Below, one piece after another: positions 36,880 to 46,313 of a stretch of 64,000 nt of DNA. The DNA is from a virus. The position numbers and the translations under genes were made by a program. The DNA is taken from the IMG/VR virus record IMGVR_UViG_3300032284_002843, positions 1 through 64,000 of that record; one strand, written 5' to 3'. The notes beneath the pieces are model-generated. The model saw nothing but the letters and a program-made list of their open reading frames with translations. It ran no database searches and had not been told where the DNA came from. How positions within the stretch are numbered: the first letter of the stretch is position 1; every line of letters begins with the position of its first letter.

Positions 36880-38061
36880 TTAGGTATAAACCGTGGTGTC
36901 AACCTTATCTAGCAACTGTTCTTTGGTAGCAGTATAGCCACTTTTAGCCCAGATGTGTTTCAACGCTTGGATAACTTTGCCATAATGCGGGCCAGGTTTC
37001 ATGCCCAGCTTCATTAAATCAAAGCCATTAACTGGAAACACAGGGATAGGCCATTCTGCCAAGACAGCTTGATCAAAGGCATCAATATCAAAGATTTTGG
37101 CCATTTTGCATACCCAATCTCGTCTAACGCCATCTACAGCCAACAAATAATAGGGATTAAAATCGGTTTTATACTGATGAGCCTCTACAAACTCAGCCCA
37201 ATCCTGTTCCTCTTTACTGGTTTTCCATTTCTTCAGCAGCTCTCTGGTGATTACGGGTCCATACAACGTATGCAGAATCGCAATAGGATCAGGCTCGCGG
37301 CTGTGCAGTCTTTCAGCGTTATAGATCCAGTCACATTCTGAAGGCAAATCAATAAATTCTGCAACATCATACTGATGGATTTGCAAAATCATTTTTGGAC
37401 CATATGGTCCTGCTAGAATCTGCCGGATCTCACTCCATACACGCTCACGGCTGATAGATTTTAAGCCAGCGGCATTAGCCATAATATGCTTGGCGTCAGC
37501 AGGATACTCCGTTCGATCACGTTCTGGATCAATGCCATACCTAGCACGGAACCTGAACCAACGAAGGATTCGTAGATAATCCTCTTTGATACGTTGATCA
37601 GCATTGCCAACAAAACGCACGCGATAATTCAGCAAATCATTATATCCGTCAAAGGGGTCGATCAGTACACCGTCGAAGGTAAAACTCATAGCGTTGATCG
37701 TAAAGTCACGCCTTGCGAGATCTTCCAACCAATCTCTCGTATATGCCACAGTGGCTCGCCTGCCGTCCGTTGCAACATCCAAGCGCAGGCTGGTGATTTC
37801 ATATACTCCACTGTCCAGTACCACCGTTATAGTACCGTGATCAATACCGGTGGGAATATGTCGAATGTCCGCATTTTGATAGATAGAGATCTGTTCAACA
37901 GGATCAGCGTCGGTGCAGAGATCAATATCCTTAGGCTGTTTACCAGCCAAGTGATCTCGCACACAACCGCCCACAAATCTCAAATCAAAACCTTGAGTTT
38001 GAAAGAGATTACGAAGATTCTGCAAATCTTGATTAAGTAACGGATCAATATTAAAAATCAT
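36880..38061 (-). CDS. cca: tRNA nucleotidyltransferase (CCA-adding enzyme, class II)
   Basis: VGGCVRD, KDIDL, DLARRDFTINAM, EDYLRILR motifs. Confidence 0.92.
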   Translation of the reverse strand: MIFNIDPLLNQDLQNLRNLFQTQGFDLRFVGGCVRDHLAGKQPKDIDLCTDADPVEQISIYQNADIRHIPTGIDHGTITVVLDSGVYEITSLRLDVATDGRRATVAYTRDWLEDLARRDFTINAMSFTFDGVLIDPFDGYNDLLNYRVRFVGNADQRIKEDYLRILRWFRFRARYGIDPERDRTEYPADAKHIMANAAGLKSISRERVWSEIRQILAGPYGPKMILQIHQYDVAEFIDLPSECDWIYNAERLHSREPDPIAILHTLYGPVITRELLKKWKTSKEEQDWAEFVEAHQYKTDFNPYYLLAVDGVRRDWVCKMAKIFDIDAFDQAVLAEWPIPVFPVNGFDLMKLGMKPGPHYGKVIQALKHIWAKSGYTATKEQLLDKVDTTVYT

Positions 38062-38116
38062 GCCAGTAGTTTAGCATGATTTAACATGATGTCAACCATT
38101 TGGGCAAGTTATTTTA

Positions 38117-38296
38117 TTACAGGTCCTCAGTCTCAAGACCATTGTTAATAGCACAGGAGTCGTAACCATCATCAAATCCCCGTTCATATACCTCCTCGAC
38201 CAGAGCCGCAATGCGATCTGTGGTTAGCATCTGATTACGGTGTAAATCAAAAAGTCGATCAACGATCTCATTAACATATTGATGGTTCTTCATCAT
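38117..38296 (-). CDS. Small acidic hypothetical protein (59 aa)
   Basis: MMKNHQYVNEIVDRLFDLH...YERGFDDGYD; fills intergenic gap. Confidence 0.5.
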   Translation of the reverse strand: MMKNHQYVNEIVDRLFDLHRNQMLTTDRIAALVEEVYERGFDDGYDSCAINNGLETEDL

Positions 38297-38326
38297 ACCA
38301 TTATGATAGCAGATATTGGACGTTTG

Positions 38327-38816
38327 TCAACCATAATATTGTTGGACAGTCGCACAAAAATTATCCCACCCTGGACCAAAATATCGAACATTATATCTAG
38401 CATCTGGATTATGCTTGACTTCAAGTTTAATCTGTTGCTCTAGATCAAATGCACGTTTATATTCTGGATCCCATCCAATAATAAGTGGACGATCGACAAC
38501 TTCTTGTCCAACATACGCTAGTTGCTTGCCAAGTTCAAATAACGTTATCGGGCATAACGTATCCTTGGGGAACCAAAATAGAACAGCCGTGCATCTATTC
38601 AATGCATCATGCTCCCAGGCTATTTGTTCGGCGGCAATGTCTCCCCGGGTTTCAAAATGACCTTTTTCTTCTGGGATTGATAAGATCGTACCTATCTGTA
38701 TTGACCAGTGTTACTATTATATCTTGCCAGTTTGGACAGTTGCTGATGCCGCCGGCTAGAAAAATTTGCGTATTAAGTTTAGCAAGATCTAAGTTATCTG
38801 GTGATTGTATATACAT
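38327..38816 (-). CDS. Nucleoside 2-deoxyribosyltransferase-like protein; requires +1 frameshift at ~38663
   Basis: GGAG RBS; IFLAGGI.NCPNWQ...NPRR then +1 frame EQIAWEH.AL...LFWFP...PITLFELG; length 3n+1. Confidence 0.8.
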
Positions 38817-38849
38817 TACACGTCTCCATGCATATTATATACAATCTTT

Positions 38850-39662
38850 TTAGTTTCCGCACTTCTTCTTTTTAGCTGTGCTCAAAAGAATCGTGTTTAT
38901 TGTCCAAATATCATGTTTATCTGTTTTAGCATCCGGTACAGAAAACTTGATCCCTGTGACCTTTTCAACATCCTGTACAGTTACCTGATAGTTTGTTAGA
39001 TCCTTGCCTTCTTTCTTGCTGTTTTCAAATATAAAGGCTAAGGATTCTTTTTTCTTGTTATCGATAACTATTTTATAGAACGCAGTTGGTACAACAACCT
39101 TGTTTGGTCCTATATGTTTGTCATTGCCTACATCATATATTGGTCCAGCATAGACAGTAATATCTGTGTCATTATTGTATGTCCAGGCACGAACTGCTGT
39201 TTCCAATGTCTTCCATATTCCTCTGTTAAGCTCTGGGGTCTGTGGCGTCATGTTACTGAGCAGGAAACTTTCACGTTCTACAGTTTCATCCCAGCTCATA
39301 TCGGCGTCGTTGGCAATATGTCCTGTGTCATATCCACTGCCTGCGTAATCAGCCAATGTGCTGCGTTGTTCTCTAGCCAAACTTTGATCGCTGCTAAATG
39401 CATTGCTTCTAGCAACACAACCAATAGCATGATTGGATGTAAGGGTATAAACTACCCAGATTGGAATTTTAGCTTCGGGATCATACCTAACTTCATATGC
39501 TGTTCTACAAATAGTCACAGCATCTTTATTATGATCCTGAGGAGTGCCATATTTGCTAAAGCTTTCACAATGGCTAAGTGGTTTTGGTGCAGGTTGGTCC
39601 GCAGCCTGTGCACCAAATGCAATAAACGCTCCTAGTACTGGTAAAATCATTAATCTGTTCAT
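38850..39662 (-). CDS. DNA/RNA non-specific endonuclease (NucA family) with signal peptide
   Basis: N-terminal signal peptide (AQA); GYDTGH, F.LSNM.PQ..LNRG.W..LE, VPT.FYK. Confidence 0.9.
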   Translation of the reverse strand: MNRLMILPVLGAFIAFGAQAADQPAPKPLSHCESFSKYGTPQDHNKDAVTICRTAYEVRYDPEAKIPIWVVYTLTSNHAIGCVARSNAFSSDQSLAREQRSTLADYAGSGYDTGHIANDADMSWDETVERESFLLSNMTPQTPELNRGIWKTLETAVRAWTYNNDTDITVYAGPIYDVGNDKHIGPNKVVVPTAFYKIVIDNKKKESLAFIFENSKKEGKDLTNYQVTVQDVEKVTGIKFSVPDAKTDKHDIWTINTILLSTAKKKKCGN

Positions 39663-39716
39663 ATTATCACCTGTCTGTGCGTATATTTATAGCATATTTT
39701 CCATAAATATTAAACC

Positions 39717-40529
39717 ATGACTGCATTTCCTAATCCGGCGTATGATGGACAAGTTTACACCATTGGTCCAAGATCCTGGACCTACAACCTCAGCCAAAAT
39801 GCTTGGATTTTAAATAAAAACGGCCCAACTGGCCCTGCAGGACCTCTAGGACCAACTGGTCCAGCTGGTGTATTATTAACAAGTTTAATAGTTGACACAT
39901 TCACCGGCGACGGTATTACCACAAGCTTTACACTTAGTATTACCCCTGTAAGCATCTACAATATGATTGTAAATGTTGACGGTCTAGTACAAACAGCTAA
40001 TACCAACTATACATTAAGCAACAACAACATAATTTTCACAACTGCACCGATAAACAATGCTACCATTGATGTAATGCATTTTTTAACAGGATCTGCAATA
40101 ACAGGTCCTCCGGGATATCCAGGACCAACTGGTCCTGCTGGTGGTCCAACTGGTCCAACTGGTCCATCGAATGTCAGTTCTATAGCAAGTGCATTGGTAA
40201 ATGCCGGTACCTTCGTCACATTAGACAATATTAAGGCAACAGTTACCACCGGCGGCAACCGTGGATTAAGTATTGCAGCAGTAGCAACTTCATTTAACGC
40301 AATGATATTTGGTACCTATGGTTACACAGGTGGCGGTGGCGGTAATTCAGAAGTTGGAACGATTACGACAACACCATCAAGTTCACAGTTTTCTTGGAAC
40401 TTTAGTTCACAAGGTGATGGTGCCATTTTTATAATAACAGATACTACAAACAATCTAACCTATCGCATTATTATGCAGATCGGGGCAAGTTACAATAATA
40501 ACTTTATTAGCATTGAAAGATTATTGTGA
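39717..40529 (+). CDS. Virion protein with short collagen repeats
   Basis: FPNP..GQ.Y.....W.Y; GPTGP repeats; F.GDG.T..F.L domain. Confidence 0.7.
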   Translation: MTAFPNPAYDGQVYTIGPRSWTYNLSQNAWILNKNGPTGPAGPLGPTGPAGVLLTSLIVDTFTGDGITTSFTLSITPVSIYNMIVNVDGLVQTANTNYTLSNNNIIFTTAPINNATIDVMHFLTGSAITGPPGYPGPTGPAGGPTGPTGPSNVSSIASALVNAGTFVTLDNIKATVTTGGNRGLSIAAVATSFNAMIFGTYGYTGGGGGNSEVGTITTTPSSSQFSWNFSSQGDGAIFIITDTTNNLTYRIIMQIGASYNNNFISIERLL

Positions 40530-40563
40530 GACAAATACAGATTCTAAATGAAATAAATATATC

Positions 40564-41130
40564 ATGACTAACCATAGCTATATCAGCCTATCAGTTCCCA
40601 AGGACTTAGATGAAACCGAAGCCAAACTTTGGTATCAAACTGTTTTAGAAAGCGCACCAGAAGGAACCTGTGTCAGTACTGAAATACAACCAAATAACAA
40701 AGCCGTACGCTTTTATATGGAAAGCCGCGGTAGTATGAGACGCTATGTTGTGGTTTTAAGCAGAGATTTAATGGGCGAAGAAGCTAACAAAATAGCCGAA
40801 GCTCTAGATCAAAAGCTTCCAGAAGTTGATTTTGAAATAGATTGGAGCCAGCAACCAGAAACATTTGGCAGAGCTGTAGAACTACGTGAAGACACTCTTA
40901 AAGCAATGGCATTAGAAGCTAGCAAAAGAGCACATAATCGCTGGGTAAATGAAAAAATCAATGAAGGTTGGAGATATGGACAACGTGGCAACAGTGCAGG
41001 TAAAGTGAGCCCAATGTGTGTTGCCTGGGAAAATCTTTCAGAAACATATAGAAGAAACGAATATAAAAGAATGCTAGGTTTGTTAGAAGTACTCAATGAA
41101 ATGGGTATGGTCATATCTAAACAGAAATAA
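40564..41130 (+). CDS. RyR-repeat domain protein
   Basis: AHNRW..EK..EGWRYG......P.C.V.WE.L.E. Confidence 0.75.
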   Translation: MTNHSYISLSVPKDLDETEAKLWYQTVLESAPEGTCVSTEIQPNNKAVRFYMESRGSMRRYVVVLSRDLMGEEANKIAEALDQKLPEVDFEIDWSQQPETFGRAVELREDTLKAMALEASKRAHNRWVNEKINEGWRYGQRGNSAGKVSPMCVAWENLSETYRRNEYKRMLGLLEVLNEMGMVISKQK

Positions 41131-41131
41131 C

Positions 41132-41674
41132 ATGTCATATAGTCAAGCTGATTTAAAAGAAAAAGTACAAGATCTACACACACTAGCTGAGCAAACACAG
41201 CTCAGCACAGATCTGGTCAATGGCACTATTGATCCGAACATTTACAAGACACTATTGTGGCAATTATATCTCATTACAGATGCAATAGAAACTAGATATT
41301 ATTTTCAAGATACTGATATTTGTCGTAAACATTTGATACTACATGATATTGCTCTGTTGCCACCAAGTTCATTGTTTACATGTAAAGCAACTGATCGGTA
41401 TCTTGAACACTTATGGCCATTGTCATATCATTCATTCAAGGGTCACATTTACACGCACTATTTGGGTTGGTTGTATGGAGGGCAAATCATTGCTAAACGT
41501 AGCAAAATGCCCAGTCAACATTTACATTTCAATGATGTAAAGTCCAAAATACAATATCTTCGTAACAGTGTTCTAGTTAATATTTCACAAGAAGACATAA
41601 ACGAAGCACAGTTAGCATTTCAGCATACAATTGATATCTATAAGGAACTTTATGAGCTGCATAGAGTTGGTTGA
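41132..41674 (+). CDS. Heme oxygenase
   Basis: LKE....H..AE proximal His; HIYTHYLG.LYGGQ; EA..AF. Confidence 0.85.
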   Translation: MSYSQADLKEKVQDLHTLAEQTQLSTDLVNGTIDPNIYKTLLWQLYLITDAIETRYYFQDTDICRKHLILHDIALLPPSSLFTCKATDRYLEHLWPLSYHSFKGHIYTHYLGWLYGGQIIAKRSKMPSQHLHFNDVKSKIQYLRNSVLVNISQEDINEAQLAFQHTIDIYKELYELHRVG

Positions 41675-42266
41675 TGGTGTTGCTAGACGTTTACACGATA
41701 TAATAAAGCAGCAACCCAATATTACACTGTTAGAAACTGAAGACTTTGGCTGGGAAAATTATAGGTATACAAGTCCTGCCTTCAGGCTTGCACATCTAGA
41801 GATTTTTAATCAATCAAATTTTTTAGTTGTTCATTGTTGTGTATTCCCACATGTTTCAGATCCAAGCCCAATATTTGGATTTGATGTTATTGCAGGTGAA
41901 AATAAAATAACAGGTGTGTTTATGGATCTCAGTCCCGTTGCACTTGAACCACAACCTTTTATAAACATATCTGTAGAAAAAGCTCGTGATCTACCAGAAT
42001 GGGGCGACATTTTCAGTCCCTATTGGCTAGCATGTCGTCCTAATGAACAAGAAATGATAATGATAGGATACAAGGCTGGAGAAATCCTCACAAATTATCT
42101 ACAAACATTAGGACAATCTGGTAATATAGATGAAATTAGACAGAAACAGAATTATTATTGCCTACAGCAACAGAAAAATCCACACACAAAAAGAGCGTTA
42201 GTCAATCTAGTAGGTTCCGATAGAGCAGATTATTTCATGAAAGAAATATTATTTCCTTGCACATAA
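41652..42266 (+). CDS. Ferredoxin-dependent bilin reductase (PcyA/PcyX family)
   Basis: FRLAHLE, HCCVFP, PIFGFD, DLSP, R.LPEWG.IFS, Q..YC..Q..N.HT; adjacent to heme oxygenase. Confidence 0.88.
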   Translation: MSCIELVDGVARRLHDIIKQQPNITLLETEDFGWENYRYTSPAFRLAHLEIFNQSNFLVVHCCVFPHVSDPSPIFGFDVIAGENKITGVFMDLSPVALEPQPFINISVEKARDLPEWGDIFSPYWLACRPNEQEMIMIGYKAGEILTNYLQTLGQSGNIDEIRQKQNYYCLQQQKNPHTKRALVNLVGSDRADYFMKEILFPCT

Positions 42267-42316
42267 ACTATCATATTTCTTATAATTATTGATATCTATT
42301 GCGAAAGACACAGAGT

Positions 42317-42967
42317 ATGACTGAATTTTTTGATAAAACTGTTGCTGCTATTACCCCGCAACCTATAAATGTTTATGGTTTGAAGTTTTTTCCAAATTTG
42401 GAACCAAATGTAGATAATGACCAAGACACTCCTGCATTTGGATGGCCGAGCGGTCCTGAAATTTCTTTGTGTAATCAAGCTGTTGTGGTGAATGCTCTTC
42501 ATCGTCTTGGCGACACATGTAAGGCTATATTAGAAATAGGCGTAAATCGCAATGGACCAGAGAGTTTATCAAAAATTTTGATGGATAGTAAACCAAAAGA
42601 CTGTACATATATCGGAATTGACTTAAATGACAAAAGCTTTCTCAATAGCTTAGAAAATAAAATTCATACTATTCAAGCCAACAGTCACGATCAATTGAAT
42701 ATACGAAACAAAATTTCCAAGTTAGGTATTGAAAAAATTGATTTAATCATGATAGATGGTTGGCATAGTGTCAATACCTGTGTTAATGATTGGTGCTATG
42801 TAGACATGCTTAGTGATAATGGCATTGTTTTATTACATGATACAAACGCACATCCCGGCTGCTGTGCATTGTTTCATGCAGTAGATGAAAACTTATTTGA
42901 AAAACAAAGGCATTGCACATATAATACCGATATGGGCATTGCCACATTTTGGCATAAAAAGTCATAA
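42317..42967 (+). CDS. Class I SAM-dependent methyltransferase
   Basis: ILEIGV, GID, DLIMIDGWHS, GIVLLHD. Confidence 0.8.
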   Translation: MTEFFDKTVAAITPQPINVYGLKFFPNLEPNVDNDQDTPAFGWPSGPEISLCNQAVVVNALHRLGDTCKAILEIGVNRNGPESLSKILMDSKPKDCTYIGIDLNDKSFLNSLENKIHTIQANSHDQLNIRNKISKLGIEKIDLIMIDGWHSVNTCVNDWCYVDMLSDNGIVLLHDTNAHPGCCALFHAVDENLFEKQRHCTYNTDMGIATFWHKKS

Positions 42968-42969
42968 TA

Positions 42970-43605
42970 ATGAAAATAGCACTTTGTCTTAGTGGGTTAA
43001 CCCGTCTGTCCGTTACCAGCGCTGCCAGTTGGGGAAGAATAATAGGAAAATATAATCCGGATGTTTATATTCATACATGGGACGACAATAATCAGTCTTT
43101 TGAAATTTTAGAAGCATTAACCTGGACATTCAATCCTAAAAATGTACAAATTGATCCATTACCAATTATAGATACTACATTTTATCCTGACCGGCATTGG
43201 CCTTATATAGACGTTTATAGAAGTCTCTGCATGTGGCAAAGCATATCATCGGCTTATTATATGGCAATGCAGTCGTCATATGATATTATCATACGCGGGC
43301 GAATGGATTGGTATGTAGAAGATTTACAAATAGAATTGTTTGACGGTTTAACCATTCCATATGATACAGATAAAATTGTCCTGCGATTCATGTACAAAGG
43401 CATAGACATGCATGGATTTAATGATCATTTTGCCTATGGACCACAAAAATACATGGATTTTTATGTAAAAACCCTTGAAGAAATTCCTGTACTGTATTCT
43501 CAAGAAGGTGTTGATTATTGTCCTGAAAACTTTTTAGCTGCAAATCTTACCAAGCATCGTGTTCCATTAATGTTGCAAAAAATGAAACATAAATTAATTC
43601 GATAA
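42970..43605 (+). CDS. Putative glycosyltransferase-like protein
   Basis: KIALCLSG..R, DVYIHTW, YDIIIR.R.D, ND.FAYG. Confidence 0.6.
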   Translation: MKIALCLSGLTRLSVTSAASWGRIIGKYNPDVYIHTWDDNNQSFEILEALTWTFNPKNVQIDPLPIIDTTFYPDRHWPYIDVYRSLCMWQSISSAYYMAMQSSYDIIIRGRMDWYVEDLQIELFDGLTIPYDTDKIVLRFMYKGIDMHGFNDHFAYGPQKYMDFYVKTLEEIPVLYSQEGVDYCPENFLAANLTKHRVPLMLQKMKHKLIR

Positions 43606-43735
43606 TTTAATTAGCAAAAACACAAAAATTACTTTATAAATACTATTGACGGCAATAGTGCTGTCCGTAACATATAACCGCAGTAAAGACACGTAGGTGA
43701 TTACGTGCAGTGTAAGACGGTTAAGGACAAAGTAT

Positions 43736-44497
43736 ATGAATTTACCAAACCCGTTCCCTGGCCTTGCCATCAATGTCAAAGCACAGGTAGCAATTAATCC
43801 AAATCCAAGTACAACTTATAAGTTTAAACGAGCTGGCAAAAACGGCACGCTTATCACTATGATTATTGATGAGAGTGGTAGTATGCATTCAGCTTGGGAA
43901 GCTACAATAGCAGGCTTTAATGAGTTTGTGGAAGGACAAAAGTCAGCAGAAGCAAGTGCCGGCGCTGGATTTTTATCACTTATCAAGTTTGATGCACCAC
44001 AGATTAAAACAGTTTATGTTAATAGACCATTAAACGAAGTGCCAAAGCTAGACAAAAAAAGCTACTCTCCAAACGGTGGAACAAATCTACTAGACGCCAT
44101 TGGTCATGCAATTAACAGCGTTAATGCAGAGCTAGCTAAGGTTAAAAAGAAGGATCGCCCTGGTGTTATCATTACCATTATGACAGACGGACATGAAAAT
44201 TCCAGCCAAAACTTTAGCAACAGTCAAATCAAAGAGATGGTTAAGGCAGCTGAAGATGCTGATTGGACGTTCACATTCCTAGGTGCAAACATCGACAGCT
44301 TTGCTGTTGGCAGCACATTTGGCATGAACGTCAATAATAGTGTGGACTACAGCACCAACAACATGACTGCAACAATGGCCGCTGTCGGTGCTTCAACCAC
44401 TCGTATGCGTTCAGCTAAGCTTGCCGGAACTAGCACGCATGATCTTTACGCATCCAGTTTGTACACGGATGACGAAAAGAAAAATATGACAAAGTAA
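43736..44497 (+). CDS. von Willebrand factor A domain protein
   Basis: DESGSM MIDAS, T.LLDAIG, TDGHEN.S, FLGAN. Confidence 0.9.
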   Translation: MNLPNPFPGLAINVKAQVAINPNPSTTYKFKRAGKNGTLITMIIDESGSMHSAWEATIAGFNEFVEGQKSAEASAGAGFLSLIKFDAPQIKTVYVNRPLNEVPKLDKKSYSPNGGTNLLDAIGHAINSVNAELAKVKKKDRPGVIITIMTDGHENSSQNFSNSQIKEMVKAAEDADWTFTFLGANIDSFAVGSTFGMNVNNSVDYSTNNMTATMAAVGASTTRMRSAKLAGTSTHDLYASSLYTDDEKKNMTK

Positions 44498-44506
44498 GGA
44501 GGCAAC

Positions 44507-45442
44507 ATGTTAGATTCACAAAGAAAATATGAACTACGAGTGCGTCCTCTCGGTCGTAATGCAGCAGACGAATATTACCATAATGGTAGTATTTGGATTG
44601 AAGGACGTAACGGAAACTCCTATACAGTAGATATCAGCAATCACACAAATCGTCGTGCATTGTTCATCGTCAGTGTAGATGGGTTAGACGTATTAAAAGG
44701 CAAACCAGCTGGGCCAGAGAGCGAAGGCTATGTGGTAGATGCTTATTCTACCCTTAGCATTCCAGGATGGAAACTAAATGACAAAGAAGCAGCTGAGTTT
44801 TTTTTCAGCCGCAACGATGACAGTTATGTAAACAGCATAGGTGGTAGCACTGCTAACACAGGTGTTATTGGTGCTATGGTGTTTGGTGAAATGATTTATA
44901 CAAGTATCTCTAATAACTTTAGAGATTACTTAAATGTAGCCAGTACACCTGCTCCTGCCTACTGGTTGTATAACACCACAACCACTAGTACACCCTATGA
45001 TCCAATAGTAACCCATGGAGCAGGAACTAGCACTACGCTAGGTCCAATAGCAACAGGGACCGGTGCCGTAGGAGGTGTAGGTTATGGGCAATATCATGCA
45101 ACTTTGCAATCAACGTTGACTGGATCAAACACGGTTGCTAGAAGAGTTGACACCAGCTCCACTACAGGCATAACTTCGGCTGTTAACATGATATCTAGTC
45201 CTGTTACGCAAGATATTGGCACTGGTTTCGGTGACGCTACCACGTGGCAGACTACGACTACGACCTTTACTAGAGCCAATCCCACAACTCCGGATTGCAT
45301 ACTTGCTGTGTACTATAACACTGCAAGAAATCTAGAGAAAATGGGAATACAGTTAAAGAAAAGAAAAGATGTAAGCAGAACTGCTAATGCATTTCCTGCA
45401 TACGATCCTGGATGCAAACCACCACCCGGTTGGCAAAAATAA
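44507..45442 (+). CDS. Conserved hypothetical partner of vWA gene
   Basis: VSVDGLDV..G, I.GW, GVIG, GTGFG motifs; AGGAGG RBS. Confidence 0.7.
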   Translation: MLDSQRKYELRVRPLGRNAADEYYHNGSIWIEGRNGNSYTVDISNHTNRRALFIVSVDGLDVLKGKPAGPESEGYVVDAYSTLSIPGWKLNDKEAAEFFFSRNDDSYVNSIGGSTANTGVIGAMVFGEMIYTSISNNFRDYLNVASTPAPAYWLYNTTTTSTPYDPIVTHGAGTSTTLGPIATGTGAVGGVGYGQYHATLQSTLTGSNTVARRVDTSSTTGITSAVNMISSPVTQDIGTGFGDATTWQTTTTTFTRANPTTPDCILAVYYNTARNLEKMGIQLKKRKDVSRTANAFPAYDPGCKPPPGWQK

Positions 45443-45450
45443 CTGTTAAG

Positions 45451-45479
45451 AATAAAAGAGGCGCAAGCCTCTTTTATTT
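45451..45479 (+). terminator. Intrinsic terminator
   Basis: aataaaagaggc-gcaa-gcctcttttatttt. Confidence 0.85.
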
Positions 45480-45513
45480 TGAACTTATCTATTACTCAAC
45501 ATTACAATAAACA

Positions 45514-46248
45514 ATGGAAAAAATCGCGCTGTGTTTATACGGTCATTTTAGATGCTTTGACCAATGTTGGCCAAATCTATACAATAATCTAATAAAGCCA
45601 AACAATATTACAGATATCTTTGCCGTAGCTTGGATAGATTCATTTGGATGGTTTCAGTCTCCGGAACAAAGTAGTGAACACAAAAAACACCCAGGCTATG
45701 ATAGCCAAAGTCCTGTGGTCCCGCACGATTACATTTGTTCTGTAATTGCAAATTTAAAACCCTGCAGAATACAACTAGATAACTATTTTTTACATGATAG
45801 CTTATTTGAGCATATGGTTTTAAATCTCTCAGATTGGCATCATCCTAGCCAGAACCATAGACCAAAAGGTACATTAAGTCAAGTATATGGACGATGTAAT
45901 AGTCTCAAATTAGCACATCACGAAGAGCTGCACAGGAATTTTATCTACGACAGAATTGTTTGCACACGGTGGGATATAGATTATACAACGCCAATAGTTT
46001 TAGAAAATTTAAATCCAGAAGTTATTTCAATGGATGGTATGTATGGTCCTACAGTGATTAGCGATGCCTGGACATGTGGACCAAGCTCCTTAATGCAAAA
46101 ATGGAGTCGCCAATTTTCTGACATAGACAGACTTGTCGCAAATAAAACTATGAATCTTGGTCCACATGAATGGTTAGCAAGCCATTTTAACGAATTTGGC
46201 ATGGAATGGCAAAATTGTCCAGAAATTGGAATATACATAAGAAGATAA
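45514..46248 (+). CDS. Putative glycosyltransferase-like protein (paralog of 42970-43605)
   Basis: KIALCLYGHFR, YD.IV.TRWD, SD.W..G. Confidence 0.6.
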   Translation: MEKIALCLYGHFRCFDQCWPNLYNNLIKPNNITDIFAVAWIDSFGWFQSPEQSSEHKKHPGYDSQSPVVPHDYICSVIANLKPCRIQLDNYFLHDSLFEHMVLNLSDWHHPSQNHRPKGTLSQVYGRCNSLKLAHHEELHRNFIYDRIVCTRWDIDYTTPIVLENLNPEVISMDGMYGPTVISDAWTCGPSSLMQKWSRQFSDIDRLVANKTMNLGPHEWLASHFNEFGMEWQNCPEIGIYIRR

Positions 46249-46313
46249 AAGCTCTTGATTTAGTTACGTTCCTGTGTTATTATTAGCCATTATTCATATT
46301 TGCGAGGATCACT

